From Basidiobolus meristosporus CBS 931.73 (lineage: Eukaryota; Fungi; Basidiobolomycota): a stretch of 64,000 bases of DNA. Of the stretch, positions 39,332 through 54,895 are shown piece by piece. Under the pieces are notes generated by a model. The model saw only the letters and a program-made list of their open reading frames with translations, was not told where the DNA came from and did no database searches. Position 1 is the first letter of the stretch. Each line of letters begins with the position of its first letter. The stretch lies in contig MCFE01000092.1 in the NCBI GenBank assembly GCA_002104905.1, positions 111,584-175,583 on the forward strand, read 5' to 3'. The position numbers and the translations under genes were made by a program.

Positions 39332-40502
39332 ATGAGCAAAAGAAAAGTGAGCGAGCGTGCACCGAAATTGGACAAGGAGAATGACATGCACATCTCGGGT
39401 GACGAAGGCGACGATATGGTCGTTCTACCTGCAACTTTATCGTTTGCTACCAACTCTCGGTGACTTACACTTCTTTGGTAACTTTAGGACGTTGTCGACG
39501 TTGACTTCGACTTCTTCGATCCCAAAGAAATCGATTTCCACGCCATCAAAAATTTGCTGAAGCAATTGTTCGGTGCGGACCACGAATTGGTCAACCTTTC
39601 AGAACTTGCCGACCTTATTATCGGCCAGCCATTACTTGGAAGTACCGTCAAAGTTGATGGAGAGGGTGACCCATACGCCTTCATGTCCATCCTTAATATG
39701 CAAGTTCACAAGGTATGAGAAAAGGACGAAGCATGTATGCGCCTATAGTGGTTGTTAATCCCTCCTCAATAAGGACAAAGAATGCATGAAGCAGATCAAA
39801 GAGTATCTGTTGAGCAAGTGCAAAAAGAACCAAGCCGCCTTCGATCAGCTTAGCTCGATTCTCAAGGAAGACTCGGACAAACACGTTGGTCTTTTGTTAA
39901 CGGACAGACTGGTCAACATGCCCCCACAGATTGCCCCTCCTATGTACAAGATGCTTGCCGAAGAAATCGAGTGGGCTGTTGAGGACGTAAGTAGTCTCGG
40001 GACACACCTCGGCTCTTCCTTTCGTAACACCTTTGGATATTAGAAAGAGCCTTACGAATTCGAGTACTATTTGTTGCTGAGCAAGACCTATAAAGAAGTC
40101 GCACCTACAGTGGATGAGGAGGAAATGGCAGCACCTGTCACCCATACCAAAAAGAAGGGCAAGATGGTAGGCACCAGATACGATCAGGCCACTTGGCATG
40201 AGCTAACATTCACTCCCTCCCCCAGGCCGATTCTCTTCTCTTCTATTTCCATCCAGAAGACGAGCTCATAGCCAGAGTAAGTGGATGTTCATGGCGTGCT
40301 TGTCAACACCACCCTTTAACGCATCCATCTTTAGCACGCTGACTTGGTTCAGGACTTCAAGTTCACACAAGCCACCTCCGTCGCCGACTCCAAGCGTGCT
40401 TTCCAAGATTACGGCATCGCACCCGCCAGAAAGCTCATCGTCGTTCACAAGTCCAAGATGGCAAATCTAATCAAGAACCTCGAAGAGGCCATGAGTGTAT
40501 AG
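39332..40502 (+). CDS. BCP1: BCP1/BCCIP ribosome biogenesis and nuclear export factor; multi-exon
   Basis: DVVDVDFDFFDPKEIDFHAIKNLLKQLF, LGSTVKVDG, HVGLLLTDRLVNMPPQIAPPMYKML, YEFEYYLLLSKTY and FYFHPEDE. Confidence 0.9.
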
Positions 40503-40789
40503 TTTAGTTTTGTACCTCCTTAGAATCTCGGATTAATCACGAACAGCTATTCTATAAAATACATCAGATCCATGATTCATTTTCCCACTGTTTTAGTATT
40601 ATAAAGTGAAAGTGACATCTGCTAACTAGAATCAGTGCTTAGTGCTTAGTGTGAGCATAACTGTGATTGATCAATCCAATTTCGTTGAAGCTGAAACCGA
40701 ATTCGGCGTTCAAATAGCTTTCTCTAATCAAGCTGATGTTCAATCTTTTCCAAAGCTACTAAGCGTAGTCAGGAAGACTCTTGATTACC

Positions 40790-42473
40790 ATGTCGGTTGT
40801 ACGTATTTTTTGTGGGCAGATCAAGGGGCTGGCGAAATGCTAACGTACTAAATTTCAAAAGTATTCAGATGATGAATTTTACAGTTCCCCTTACCACAAC
40901 GATATAGGGTATTTGCTCCTTTAACCTCTTCCCCTCTCCTGCTTCTAACCAAGCTCCATTCACATTGGGTAGTCTCGGCGACGAATATCCTGAGGATGTA
41001 AGCAAAGACCACAAACCACGACTACTATTGATGGGCTTACGAAGGTCAGTCTCCATCGAGCATGTACCCCTGGTTATTTGCTAAGCTCGGATCTCTCCTC
41101 GACAACCAAACAGAAGTGGAAAATCAAGCATCCAAAAAGTGGTTTTTCACAAAATGTCGCCAAACGAAACCCTCTTTCTAGAAAGCACCAGTAAAGTGGT
41201 GAAAGATAACATCATGTAGGTGTTTTTCGTGGCATTCGTCGCCCCTGGCCTGCAACCAACGTTTCTCATTGTTACTTGCCGTGTGATAGCTCTTTCATCG
41301 AATTTCAAGTGTGGGACTTTCCAGGCCAAATAGATTTCTTTGATCCCGCCTTTGATTCAGACGCCATTTTCGGTGAGGTCGGGGCACTGGTGTTTGTTAT
41401 TGATGCCCAGGTTGGAAACGTTTTTGTTGGCCTGCCTCGTACTCAGTATATTGAAGAGATTCTGTTCGAACTATTAGGACGATTATATTGAAGCTTTGTC
41501 CAAACTTCACATGACTGTTGTAAGAGCCTACCGAGTAAACCCCAACATCAAGTTTGAGGTCTTTATTCATAAAGTCGATGGTCTGTCTGACGACTACAGA
41601 ATAGGTAGGGCATTCATCACCACAACACTGTTTGACCCTTTCCCTAAGCTTTGTATCCCACGAATAGACACTCAACGGGATATTCAACAGCGGACCATGG
41701 ATGAGTTGACCGATGCAGGACTAGACAACATTCATCTGAGCTTCTATTTGACCAGCATCTACGACCATTCCATTTACGAGGCGTTCAGCAAAGTGATCCA
41801 AAAGCTCATTCCACAACTTCCGACTCTAGAGAACCTTCTGAATATTCTATGCTCGGTATGAATAGGCGGGCCCATGGGTGTGTTGTGCGTCAATTAACCC
41901 TCTCATCTTTCACTAGAATTCCGGGATTGAAAAGGCCTTTCTGTTCGATGTGGTCAGCAAAATTTATGTCGCGACCGACAGTTCACCCGTAGATATGCAA
42001 TCGTACGAAATCTGTAGCGACATGATTGATGTGATCATCGACATTTCTTGTATTTATGGGTAAGCGCACGGACGTATCGATGAGCACTTTGCATGATTCT
42101 CACTTCTTTTGATTTGAAGGCCTACTCCGACTAACCGAAGGGAAAGCTTCATGGACGAAAGAGAGGGAGACGAGGGAACGTCTGGTCAATCCGGGTCAGA
42201 CAACGAGGCCTTTTCGCTGATTAAGCTTAACAATGGAATGGTTCTTTATCTCAGAGAAGTCAACAGGTAGCCATTCAGCCATCCACTTTACCACGCACCC
42301 TGCTAACCCGCCTTAGGTACCTTTCACTCGTGTGCCTTCTACGCTCGGAAAACTTCGAGAAGCATGGGCTACTGGACTACAATTTCCACTGCTTCAAGGA
42401 TGCCATTCTTGAAGTGTTTGAGGTCAGACGAAGAACCGCCGAGCAGATGAAGAATGGGATTTTTGAAGAATAG
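40790..42473 (+). CDS. GTR2: Rag GTPase RagC/D (Gtr2); multi-exon
   Basis: [81 protein letters not shown] and GLLDYNF. Confidence 0.95.
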
Positions 42474-42746
42474 CAAGCCCATGCAAACACAAGTATCATA
42501 CATTCATGAATCATCCAGCCAGTATTGGCGCATCCCTTTCTTCAGTTCTTGCACTTGGAGGGGACTTTGCGGTACTAACACACACAACACTTATGATCGC
42601 TTCGAAATAAAATGGTGCGCAACACTCAATGTATAAACCTCTATTCATCTCAATAATACATGAAGTACATCAATCTATATCCATCTCCACAACACAGGAA
42701 GTACATCAATCTATGTTCGTCTCAACAGCATGGAAAGTACACCAAT

Positions 42747-44061
42747 CTATATTAAACGAGCCAGATTCTCTCTCTCAACGATACACGGGGAGTCGACGTA
42801 TCCCAGGAGGTCGGCGAATTGCGAGCTCTTGCACCCCTTGATAATGTTGATCTCCACGCTGGAGTAATTCACCAGCCCTTTGGCCACAATGACCGACTCA
42901 ACGCTCCCATCAGCCTTGGTCTCCTCATGCACGATCCTCACCGCCTGATTTGCATTGAAGTGGCCATCCACACGCACAATGCCGGCTGCGAACAGGCTGC
43001 TCTTGTGCTCGGTTAGGGCCGATTTTGCCCCTTGATCCACGTAAATAGTCCCCGCGTTGTACAGGCCATGTAGAATCCACCATTTTCTGTCCATCATTGG
43101 GACGTGCTTAGCCACGAAGCGGGTGAACAACGGCGGAGTCTTGAGGGACGTGTTCTGCAAGCTGTCGATAATCTCGAATACTCGCTCAGGCTTCGATCCA
43201 TGGGTGATGATGGTGGTGACCCCGGCTGCGGTAGCCAGCTCGGCTGCAACAAGCTTCGTAACCATCCCGCCTGTTCCCAATGCGCTTCCGGGCGTGGTGA
43301 CGGTGATTTCTTTCTTGAGCTCACCGATGTCCTCCACCACTCTAACCGGCCGTGCGGACGGATTGGTGCGTGGGTTGTCGGTGTACAGACAATCCACATC
43401 CGTCAAGAGGAAAAGATAGTCCGCGTGAATGATGCCGGCGGTGATGGCGCTAAGTGTATCGTTATCCCCGAAACGGATCTCGGCCACACTCACGGTGTCG
43501 TTCTCGTTGACGATAGGGATGACGTTCATGTTGAAGAGCTCCTCGAAGGTGTTGCGAGCGTTCAGGTACCTGCTCCTCTTTGTGGGAAGCTGTTGGTGAA
43601 AAGGTCTGGGAAGAACGGCGTGCACTACAAACTGAACAATACCTGGGCCAAGTCGTTCTTGGTAAGGAGGATCTGCGCGATGGGCTGGCCGAACTGGTCG
43701 AACAGATTGTCATACAGACTCATAAGCCTGCCTTGACCAACGGCAGCAATAGCCTAACGTCCATAAAGGGTTGGTGGAAAATCACAAAAAGTCATGCAAT
43801 GCATTGTACCTGCTTCTTGGCCAGCTCGGAGGGCTTGACTGGGAGATCGAGCCTTCTCAGGCCCACACCAACAGCGCCACTGGTAACCAACACCACGCGA
43901 TGACCCATTTTCTGGAGCCTAATGATGGTTTCGACCATACTAGACAAGGTGGCCAGTAGTGGGAAATGAGTGACCTCGTCGCATATGGACGATGTGCCAA
44001 GCTTCAATACGATGGTGAGGCCCTGAGGTCTCCCATGTCTAACGCTGTTAGTTAAAGTCAT
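42747..44061 (-). CDS. PRO1: Glutamate 5-kinase with PUA domain; 2 introns
   Basis: [62 protein letters not shown] and a C-terminal PUA domain. Confidence 0.95.
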
Positions 44062-44222
44062 AAGGTAAACGTGGATTGCACGACTAAGCTACAGCGATGC
44101 AAAAAAACCAAACTGGTACAAGATTTAGCCCTAGCTCGTTGTTGATATCCCAATTGGGCAAACGTGGATTTCCTTTATTACTGTACAAATAGATCCGATG
44201 GGTTAGAAGATTCCGAAAAAAT

Positions 44223-45966
44223 TCAAAGTGAGTTCAACAATCTATAGTAATCTTCTTCTACACTTCGATAAGTCTCCTCCAGCTTCACCAGGCGGTCATT
44301 GTAATCCATGGAGCTGAGCGCCTCCTGTAGCATATCGGGTTAGTCCCTGGCCAAGGATGGGCAAATCGTGAACGAACCTCATTAAATCTATACAATCTAG
44401 CCTTCACAAACAAACGGTAGGCGCGTGCTGCTTTGGAGTTTCGTTTGTCGAGCTTTTTAAGCAACGCCATCTCGAGCAACCTGCTGGCTTGGCGCTGGAG
44501 GAATGGGAGTTCAGTGAGGTGGCCAATGGAAATGCCTGATGTCGCGATTACCTTGTGCAATTTGTATTGCTTCTTGATGGAGTCCAGGACGCTTTTATCC
44601 ACCGGCGCGCTGAGGCCTTCGAATGTGCCTTTGGACATCAAAAACCGAAGGTCGCATCTATCTCTGAGGTCCGAGAACGCCTCATTGGGATCCTCGACTG
44701 GAAATCATATCAGTACGTCAGCCTTCGGTGTGAATGATAGCCGAGCAATACCTGTTAGCTCCACGATGTTGCTTCTGCTCAAAAACTCCTGATACAGCGT
44801 GTTGTAGAGGGAGCCTGAAAACAAGCGGGGTTAGCGGAGGAAGAAGCTCGCCGCAAGATCCAGGTACTTACTGGCATGGCCTAGATTGCGATAGGGCGGG
44901 AGGATCAAAAATTGGCTGATTCTCATACGGATCTTGTCGGGGAAGTAGAAGTATTGATACATGGTGCAATAGCCGACAATGTGGTAAGATGTAACCCCGT
45001 CAATCTTGAGCTTTTCGTATCTGGCAAGTAAACGCTTAGCTTCCGTTGGAAAGGGGTGGGGCTCTGGCGAGGCTTACATTAAGGCGATTTCCCATCTGTC
45101 GTCGTCCTCTTCGATGTATGACGCGCCCTCGATGTAGAAAAGCGCAAAGATTTGCAGACGACGATGATACTCCTTGAACCCTGGTGTATTGAAGGTGGCC
45201 TATGAAGTAATTCGGGTTATTCGGGTTATCCGGGTCATCCAACTCTGGGTCGATCAAAATATCCGTACTTTGTAGATCTCGAAGCAGTGCTCTTGAACAT
45301 TCTCTGGGTATTTCGCCTTCTTGCTTTGATATTCGTGGATCTTTTCGCCAATCGGTCTGAACGTTTCGTAGTCCTCTTGCACCTTAGCCATGAACAAGTC
45401 ATGGTTCGAATAAACCCCTTGATCCTCATTAGTAAATCACCTTTACCAAACATGACGTGGCGAGCTACCTTCACCGAGATGCTCCATAAGCTCTTTTTCG
45501 ATTTCCGTCGCACCCTGCTTCGCCCCTAGAGTCTCCGAGAATTGAATCCCAAGATAGGTTGCTAGAGAACCTGAAGAATAATGAAGCTGGAAGGGGATCA
45601 CTATCTGCACGCATTCTCCCCTTAGAAAAACAGGAAGTTTACCTTCACTTTCAGATTTTTGTAACCGTAGATTTGCTCCGCCTCTCCAAAGAGAGGATAC
45701 GTGAAAGCAGGATGGAAGCCTTCCGCTGGTTTGGGCAGAGGTCTCACTAGATTACCGAGATGTAAGGTTGAATCAATAAAAAGACTAGATAAAACGCGAA
45801 AAAATCCGATATTCACCTAGTTTAAGCTCCAACGCGTTGTTTGAGGAGCAAACCCATTCAGCATTTTCTGGCTTCAAAAAGAACTCTGTAGCAATGCAGG
45901 GTGTGGTGGTTACTTTCTTACCGTGCCGCATAATGGCTGATAGATTCTCATACCTTCTGTACTCAT
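44223..45966 (-). CDS. HAT1: Histone acetyltransferase type B catalytic subunit; multi-exon
   Basis: MSTEEFF..EWVCSSNNALEL, FHPAFTYPLFGEAEQIYGYK, LFYIEGAS, RMRISQFLILPPYRNLGH, VEDPNEAFSDLRD and YRLFVKARLY. Confidence 0.92.
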
Positions 45967-46666
45967 TGGGAATGTGACAATAGTTTGAGTATTTCTCAGA
46001 CTTGGAACTTCTTTGTTTATTCAAAAGAAGAGAGAATATTTGAAAAGTTGGGAATTAGATGATGCTGATTTGACAAGCTTGTTGATCTTGTTTACCCTAG
46101 GGTCAATCATCACCTGCTGATGGTAGGGGACTTGGGTGACTATCATGCGAATCGGTGGGAGATAATACTGGAACAGAGTAGCATGGATGTAGGGTATTCG
46201 TCTATGCTATGTTCGGAACGAAATCGTGGGAAAGCCTGGTGGTTGATGTTTGTTGTGAAACCTGGGATGGGAACCTTGTGTCCATCTATCTGACATGAAG
46301 GAAGCGGAAGTGAGCATTGCTTCAGAACGGAGGCACTGTACAACATAAGGAAACTGACATTAAGATTTGAAGCTTTCTAACGTAGGGAACACCCCCCGAA
46401 AGCCAATTTTGGAAACCGTAAATGTAGTAATATTTGTGATATGAATGAATCCATATTTCTAATTTCCGGATATCGAGTACCGGGAACACCGGACAATTTC
46501 AAATTCTGAAAAAACGGATGACAAATTTTTTCTAATGAGAAACCTCGCCAAGCACCAGTGATTTTGTGATTTTGTGATACAAAAGGGTAGTCAAGAATGC
46601 TGCTAGAGTGGAGGTCTCCATTGCTTGGCTCGTTCATTCCCTAGATACCCAACCCTGTTAATTATT

Positions 46667-47949
46667 ATGCCCTCCTTTCAGCTATCCACACTTTCATTAA
46701 GAACTCTTTTACCACAACTAGGCAAGAGTTGTGCAAGCAAGCACTCTTTACTGAGAGCCTACAGTTCTGTTCCCATTACAACCGAGAATACAGGTAGATA
46801 AGCGGCTTGAGGCCAAACCAAGGATTTGGCAATTAACAATTTCACTTGAAACCATTACAGCTCGCCCCAAAGTTACCATCAACACCATAAAGAAGCTGTA
46901 TGCTGCAAACAAGCCCATCACGATGTTGACTGCCCAGGATTACCCCACCGGACTCTTGGCTGACAAGGGCGGCATTGACATGACGCTTGTTGGTGATTCT
47001 CTTGCCATGGTCGCTTTGGGTTACGATTCCACTACAGAAATTACTGTCGACGTAAGATGCGTTTCTTCTCCAATCAAGTAATCCGGGAATCAAGGCTTAA
47101 CCGTTATGTCCAGGAAATGCTGCATCATAGTCGTGCGGTAGCCAGGGGCGCCAAGGCCTCCTTCCGAGTATGTGACTTACCTTTTGGAAGTTACGAGGTA
47201 TCTCCCGAGCTGGCGGTTCAAAACGCTCTGCGGTTCGTCAAGGAGGGCAATGCCGAGGTTGGTGAAGTACCACAGTTATCGAATACTGAAGCGGGATCTT
47301 AACTTTCATTCAGGCAGTGAAACTTGAGGGAGGAGTCGAGTTGAAAGAAACCATCAAGCGCATCACAAGCGTCGGCATCCCCGTCCTGGGCCATGTAGGG
47401 TTGACTCCACAAAGACACAATGCACTGGGTGGATTCAGAGTCCAAGGCAAAACCATGGATCAGGTAGGATTTAGCCAGAGGGTACTTTGGCAGGCGCCGG
47501 CTAAACTGTCGAATCTATAGGCCCTCAGCGTGTTGGAGGATGCTCTGGCTGTCCAAGAAGCCGGGTGTTTCGCAGTTGTGCTAGAGGCCATCCCAGAGCC
47601 AGTGGCGACGCACATCACTCAGCAGTTGTCGATTCCCACCATTGGTATCGGAAGCGGAAATGGATGCTCTGGCCAAGTGCTTGTTCTCAACGACATGATC
47701 GGCGTGTTTGACAGATTTACCCCCAGGTATGGTATTCGATCTAGCAAGAACTCCCTGCCGATATACTAATATGAATGGGGTTTCAGATTCTGCAAGAAGT
47801 ACCTGAACCTGGATCAGACCATTACTGCCGCCATTAGCGAGTACTGCGACGAGGTCAGATCGCGGAAGTTTCCCTCGCAGGAACATTGCTATCCAATGAA
47901 GAAGGATGAGGAGGGGAAATTTTTAGAATACATCAAGAGGCAAGAGTAA
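46667..47949 (+). CDS. ECM31: 3-methyl-2-oxobutanoate hydroxymethyltransferase (PanB/Ecm31), mitochondrial presequence; multi-exon
   Basis: [63 protein letters not shown] and IPTIGIGSG. Confidence 0.94.
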
Positions 47950-48247
47950 TCAATCAATAAATATACTTGCCATGTAATGCCATGTAATATAAATCAAATC
48001 AGATATTCTATTTCGAGAAAAGACTAGTCTAGAGTAAACGTCAACATTCAAGCGGCATTTAAATTCTAACTATATTAGGAACATCGGGCATGTCTAGATT
48101 CTCCCGAGATTCACAACCCAGAGATCAATCAATTGGCAACGTCGATTGGCAACGTCGAAAAAAACCCTTTGTCCAATCACTACATGCTTGCGATAGTTGA
48201 ATAAGAGCGCTTGATTCCACTGTTCGAAGCTCTTTCACCCAAACGCA

Positions 48248-50034
48248 ATGTCCGACCACGAAGCCGAATCTCGTAAACGCAGTCGTACTACCGCGCCCAT
48301 TACTGACTCGTTCTACCAAGGATTGCTCTCTGAAGAGAGCCGTCAGAGGCTGGCGAAAGAGCATGCCGAGTCCAGTCCCTATCTCCACTGTAAAATCGAC
48401 CAACTCTGCGATGACCAGCTGCTGAGAAACGTCAGAGAAGAGATTTTGACCAAGCTCCATTTCACTACAAAGGAGACCGATATTTACAAGGTACGGGATT
48501 AGCGGTAAAGTCTGCACTGCCGTGGCAAATACTCATCTTGGTTTACTAGGTATGCCAAACCGGAGATTTGTGCAATCTTGACGGCCTTCCTGCCGAAGAG
48601 CTTGAGCAACTTCCCTCTTTGCTTCAACTCCGTAACGCGCTTTACTCCGATGAATTCCGTGATTTCGTATCGGAAGTGACCGGTTGTGGCCCTCTGTCTA
48701 GAACTAAAACTGATCTGAGCACCAACATTTACCGCAATGGCTGTCACCTTCTTAATCACGATGATGTTATTGGAACCAGACGTATCTCTTATATCCTCTA
48801 TCTACCTGATCCTGATCAACCTTGGCCAGTCGAAAATGGTGGTGCCTTGGAGCTGTACCCTGTGGTGGAGAAGGGCGCACCCGATGTTTGCCCAACGCTC
48901 TCAATCCCACCAAAATGGAACCAGATGGTCTTCTTCGTTGTACAGCCCGGCCATTCTTTCCATTCCGTCGAGGAGGTTGTAGTCGATAGCCCCAGATTGA
49001 GTGTCTCTGGTTGGTTCCACACCCCCCAAGAAGGCGAGGTTGGTTATGAGGCTGACAAGCAGCCAGGTGAATCCCGTTCCTCCCTTCAACAATTGCAGGT
49101 AATGGCCTTTGTGGCGACTCCCTTGTTAACTGGTCGTTAACTCGTTTGCAAATCGATTGTTTAGGAAGCTGCCGATGCCTTGAATCCATTCAAGCCTTAC
49201 GAGAAGGAGATCGACTCCGAAGCCCTCGACGGCCTTTTCGAGGAGGACATAACCGAGCTCTCCAAGTGGATGAACGTGAAGTACTTGGACATGAACATTC
49301 TCCAGCAAGTGTCGGAGAAGTTCGTTGAAGAGTCATCTATTCAGCTGGTTGATTTCCTTAACGAAGAGTTCGCCACAGAGCTTCTAAAGCACACCTTGGA
49401 AGCAGACAAACAAGATGGTTTGACCTTGCCCAAAATCCCTCAGCATGGCACCGGTGAGCGTGGCCAATGGAAGGCAATGGGTCCCGCACACAAGCATCGT
49501 TTCATGGGGATCGATAGCTCTCTTCCCGAGGACGATGAGCCAACTGCTAAGATGATGGGCCAATTGCAGAACTCGCTCTTCCCCTCATCAGCGTTCCGTC
49601 GCTGGTTGGCTTTGGTTACTCAACTGGTTGTCAAGGGCTACCGTGGCCAAGCCCGTCGTTTCCGTCCCGGATTGGACTACACCCTGGCCACTGCCGACTC
49701 TTGCCGCTCCATTCTTGATGCCACTCTCTGCATGGCTACCTCAGCTGACGAGAAGGATGTCGAGAAATGGGAGAGCGACGAAGTCGGTGGATACGAGTGC
49801 TATATGGCTCAGGATACAGAGGAAGATCCCGCCGTATACAAGTCGGCACCTGCAGAGGACGACGGCGCCTTGTTGACCATCTCTGCCGGAAGCAACGTGT
49901 TAAGCTTGGTTCTAAGAGACGAGGAGGTCATGAAGTTCACCAAATACGTCAGCAGCTTGGCTCCAGGGTCTCGTTGGGATGTGGCATTTGAGTACGAGCT
50001 CACCCCCGAAGAGCTCGCGGAATCAACCGCATAG
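48248..50034 (+). CDS. TPA1: Prolyl 3,4-dihydroxylase Tpa1/OGFOD1 (2OG-Fe(II) oxygenase); 2 introns
   Basis: [60 protein letters not shown], and Ofd1 C-terminal [20 protein letters not shown]. Confidence 0.93.
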
Positions 50035-50191
50035 AATGCATTTCTGAAGTTGTTATTGTTTATACCTTTCACCTCGTTTTTCTGATCCCGTCTTCCAGCC
50101 AACTCAGTCGCATTGTCCATTTAGAGGAATAAATCTGTTTTGATGTCTCATGTTATGTAGTGTTTATTTGTGTATTTTGCCGCGAATTCGA

Positions 50192-50218
50192 GATGATGAT
50201 GATGATGATGATGATGAT
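50192..50218. repeat. (GAT)9 microsatellite downstream of the ATP2 stop
   Basis: Read directly. Confidence 0.9.
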
Positions 50219-50266
50219 GGAAGGTAGAGAAATGAGTTGGCATGCCAATCAGGAGGGGATGCTTGC

Positions 50267-51962
<1,696 letters not shown>

Positions 51963-52472
51963 AGCTAGAAATTAAGCTAAGAGAAGCAAAATGTGTTAGA
52001 TAGGAATGGTTGCAGGACACTTTTGAAATTTTGGCAAGTCCGAAGATTCCCGGTCACTGAGTACCCAATCTTGGCCCGCGTACTATTTCGAGTGGGGTAG
52101 ATTTGATGGGGATATTGGGGCTGGGTTCGTTGCTCGTTCAGTAGGGGCCTGGGGAATCAGTTCATGGCTGGTGCGTTTGCGCAAGCTTGGTTGGCCCTTG
52201 TGGTGATTGGCTGGAAATAGCGGTCATTCAATGAAATCCTACATAAATATAAGCTGAATGCGATTTATCGATTAGCAGGTGAATGGGGGTTTTGTCTACT
52301 CAATTTCTGGGGAAATCAGCTGATGGGAGGGGCGAATTCACATTTGTGATAACATTGTGAGTTATAGGAATTTTTTCGAAGCACCAAAAAGATTTGCGCT
52401 ATTGGTCTACAACCTACCCTCTTTTATCAACCACTGTTTGTAGAAGACTCTTTGTACCTGTAGTTTATTGCT
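51963..52472. promoter_or_regulatory. Putative bidirectional promoter of ATP2/ATP16
   Basis: 510 bp between the divergent start codons of two F1 subunits. Confidence 0.55.
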
Positions 52473-53122
52473 ATGAACTTCCTCGCCAGAACCGCTAGAG
52501 CTGTCAGACCTGCTCGTTTCGGTAAGGACATCCTCCCTGCTGCTGTGTATATAGTCTAGAAGACGAATCAATGCTCTCTCGCTTTTGTCGCCCTCCATAC
52601 TCATTTGAATTCCTTAGCTATTCGTGGTTATGCCACTGATGCCCCCGCTGTTAACGATAAGCTTGTCTTGAACTTCGTTCTCCCCCATCAGGTAAGAAGC
52701 TTGAGAGGACCATTCGACGTGACTTTCCTTGACGTATCCATCTTCGTTAGGTTCTTTTCAAGAAGACTGCTGTCCAACAAGTCAACCTTGCCTCTACCTC
52801 TGGTGATATGGGTATCTTGGCCAACCACGTTCCTTCCATTGAGCAACTCCGTCCTGGCGTTTTGGAGGTCATCACCGAACAAAACACACAAAAGTGGTTC
52901 GTCAGTGGTGGTTTTGCCATTGTCAACCCCGACTCTACCTTGAACATCAACGCCGTTGAGGCTTTCCCTCTTGACGACTTCAGCCCCGAGGCTGTCAAGG
53001 AAGGTCTTGACAAGGCCAACCAAATTTTGGGATCCAACGCATCCGAGCAAGAGAAGGTTGTCGCTAAGATTGAGCAAGAGGTTTTCGAGGCCCTTCAATC
53101 TGCCGTCGGTAAATCCGCCTAA
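52473..53122 (+). CDS. ATP16: Mitochondrial F1 ATP synthase delta subunit (homolog of bacterial epsilon); 2 introns
   Basis: MNFLARTARAVRPARF..RGYATDAPAVNDKLVLNFVLPHQ, VNLASTSGDMGILANHVPSIEQLRPG, WFVSGGFAIV and NINAVEAFPL. Confidence 0.95.
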
Positions 53123-53294
53123 ATGCAGGAAAGACTTCTTGCGCAATAACCTCATAACTTTCTCCTTTCACGCATGTCTGTTCTTGAATTTGCATCAACA
53201 TTATAAATATTTTTAACTGGAGTATAAAATAAAGCTCTTTAATTAAAAATCTTGGTCAAGCTGGAGCATGAGCATGGACTATGTAGCGGTCGGT

Positions 53295-54570
53295 TCAATA
53301 ATGATTTATGTTCCTCCAGGTAAACACCGCATTGAGGCATCTCATGAAGATCTTGCCAATACTGAATTGGAGCCCGATGTTGTGGTTCCTCCAAGTGTTA
53401 GCCAGTGAATCCTTCACTTCGGCTGAGCCTCGTTTCCACATGGTCTCCTCATACTCTGTTAGTGCTTGTCGCCAGTCCTCTTGCGACAAGGCTTTGGCCA
53501 GATCAATGGAGTCTTTGAGAGCTGTGTTTGCGCCCATGCCCTACATCCAAAGAGAACTTAGTACCGTCACTCTGCTTGCCCAGAATTAGCGAGCTTACCT
53601 TGTTGGTTGTCATCGCGTGAGCTGCATCACCAAGTAGAGTGACTCGCTGGTGTGGGATGCTTTTAAGTGGATTCACTGCCTGATAATTTGTGGTGTGCAC
53701 ATGACGAATGCCTCCAAGAATGACATCCTGGGCTGTGATTTTATTGAATACCAAGGCTACCTCGGCATGGAAATTCTCTTCGACAATCTGTTTTGCCCAA
53801 TGGATAGTCCCTTCTATCTCCGTTGGTACCGGCTCTGACTGAATACTGTCTGGCCAAGAAAGACCAAAGAACATATGCTTCTCGTCTCCCTCGTCTTGGC
53901 AAATTCCCATTAACACACTATATCCTGTTGGGGAAGAGGTACGCAGCATGGCAAAGGACAGTGCTTTGTACAAAGTCGGTATCTCCTCTTGTGTCGGCGC
54001 ATTGATGACCGCACCAAAGTTGGACACTCCAACTGAGCTGTATACTATCCCAGGAGCAAGCTGTGTGCGAACGAGGGACCAGCACCCATCAGCACCAACT
54101 AATAGATCAGCAGAGACATTGGTGCCATCTTCAAAGAAAACCTCAACACGATCCTCATGCTCTTCATATTTGACAAATTTTTTGTTATACACTATCTCGA
54201 GGCCCTTCTCAAGTTGATTGTGCAGCAGTGTCCGGTGGATAATAGCAGTAGCATGCTTGGGCAATTCGTTGTCACGAGCAGGGCCACCTATACGAAGAAG
54301 CTCGTTCAAATACTCGTCATATACAATAAAGCCGGTTACAAGATTTTTTTCAAGGATGCTGTCAAGTCCATCAATTTGTGCCTCTTTCAAGGATTCTAAG
54401 CCCCACTCGTTGATACCTAGGTGCCAACCTTGAGGCTTGTGCTCTCGGGATTCGATTCGCTCATAGATGGTTACACGAAGGGAAGGGTTGTAACGGCGAA
54501 GAGCTTGGGCCAGGTTCAGACCACCTATCCCCCCGCCAATGATAGCCAGAGTTTGAATGGGTGAAGACAT
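53295..54570 (-). CDS. FAD-dependent monooxygenase (group A / TetX-salicylate hydroxylase-like); 1 intron near the 3' end
   Basis: Rossmann IIGGGIGGL, DLLVGADGCWS, VTLLGDAAHAMT|GMGANTALKD. Substrate unknown. Confidence 0.88.
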
Positions 54571-54895
54571 TTGAAGGTTCTATTGCGGTCTACATCATTT
54601 ATATGGGCTGTCAAGTATATTGCGGAGCTATGTTGGCCAAACTGCGGACTAGTAGGTGACTTGGTTTCACCCTGCACCATAACCACATATTTATTTGCAA
54701 AGATAATATGGCAATTCAACAGAATGCCATGAAAAGGATGCCAGCAGATAGGAGGCTACGGGGTATGTGTAACAAATTCCTCAGCCGCATACAAAATAGA
54801 AGCAATAGGCAGTGCACAAACAAACCATCTGCTGGTTAATCTTTGTGTGGGAACATTTCCCGGCTCATTTATTGTATCTCAACAGGCAGCCAAGA

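Noticed and set aside
2183-42473. TOR and RagC/Gtr2 in the same window as a TORC1 cluster
   Set aside because: They are about 31 kb apart with many unrelated genes between them, so chance linkage is sufficient.
48132-48158. 13-bp tandem duplication ATTGGCAACGTCG upstream of TPA1
   Set aside because: Only two copies, consistent with a local slippage duplication.
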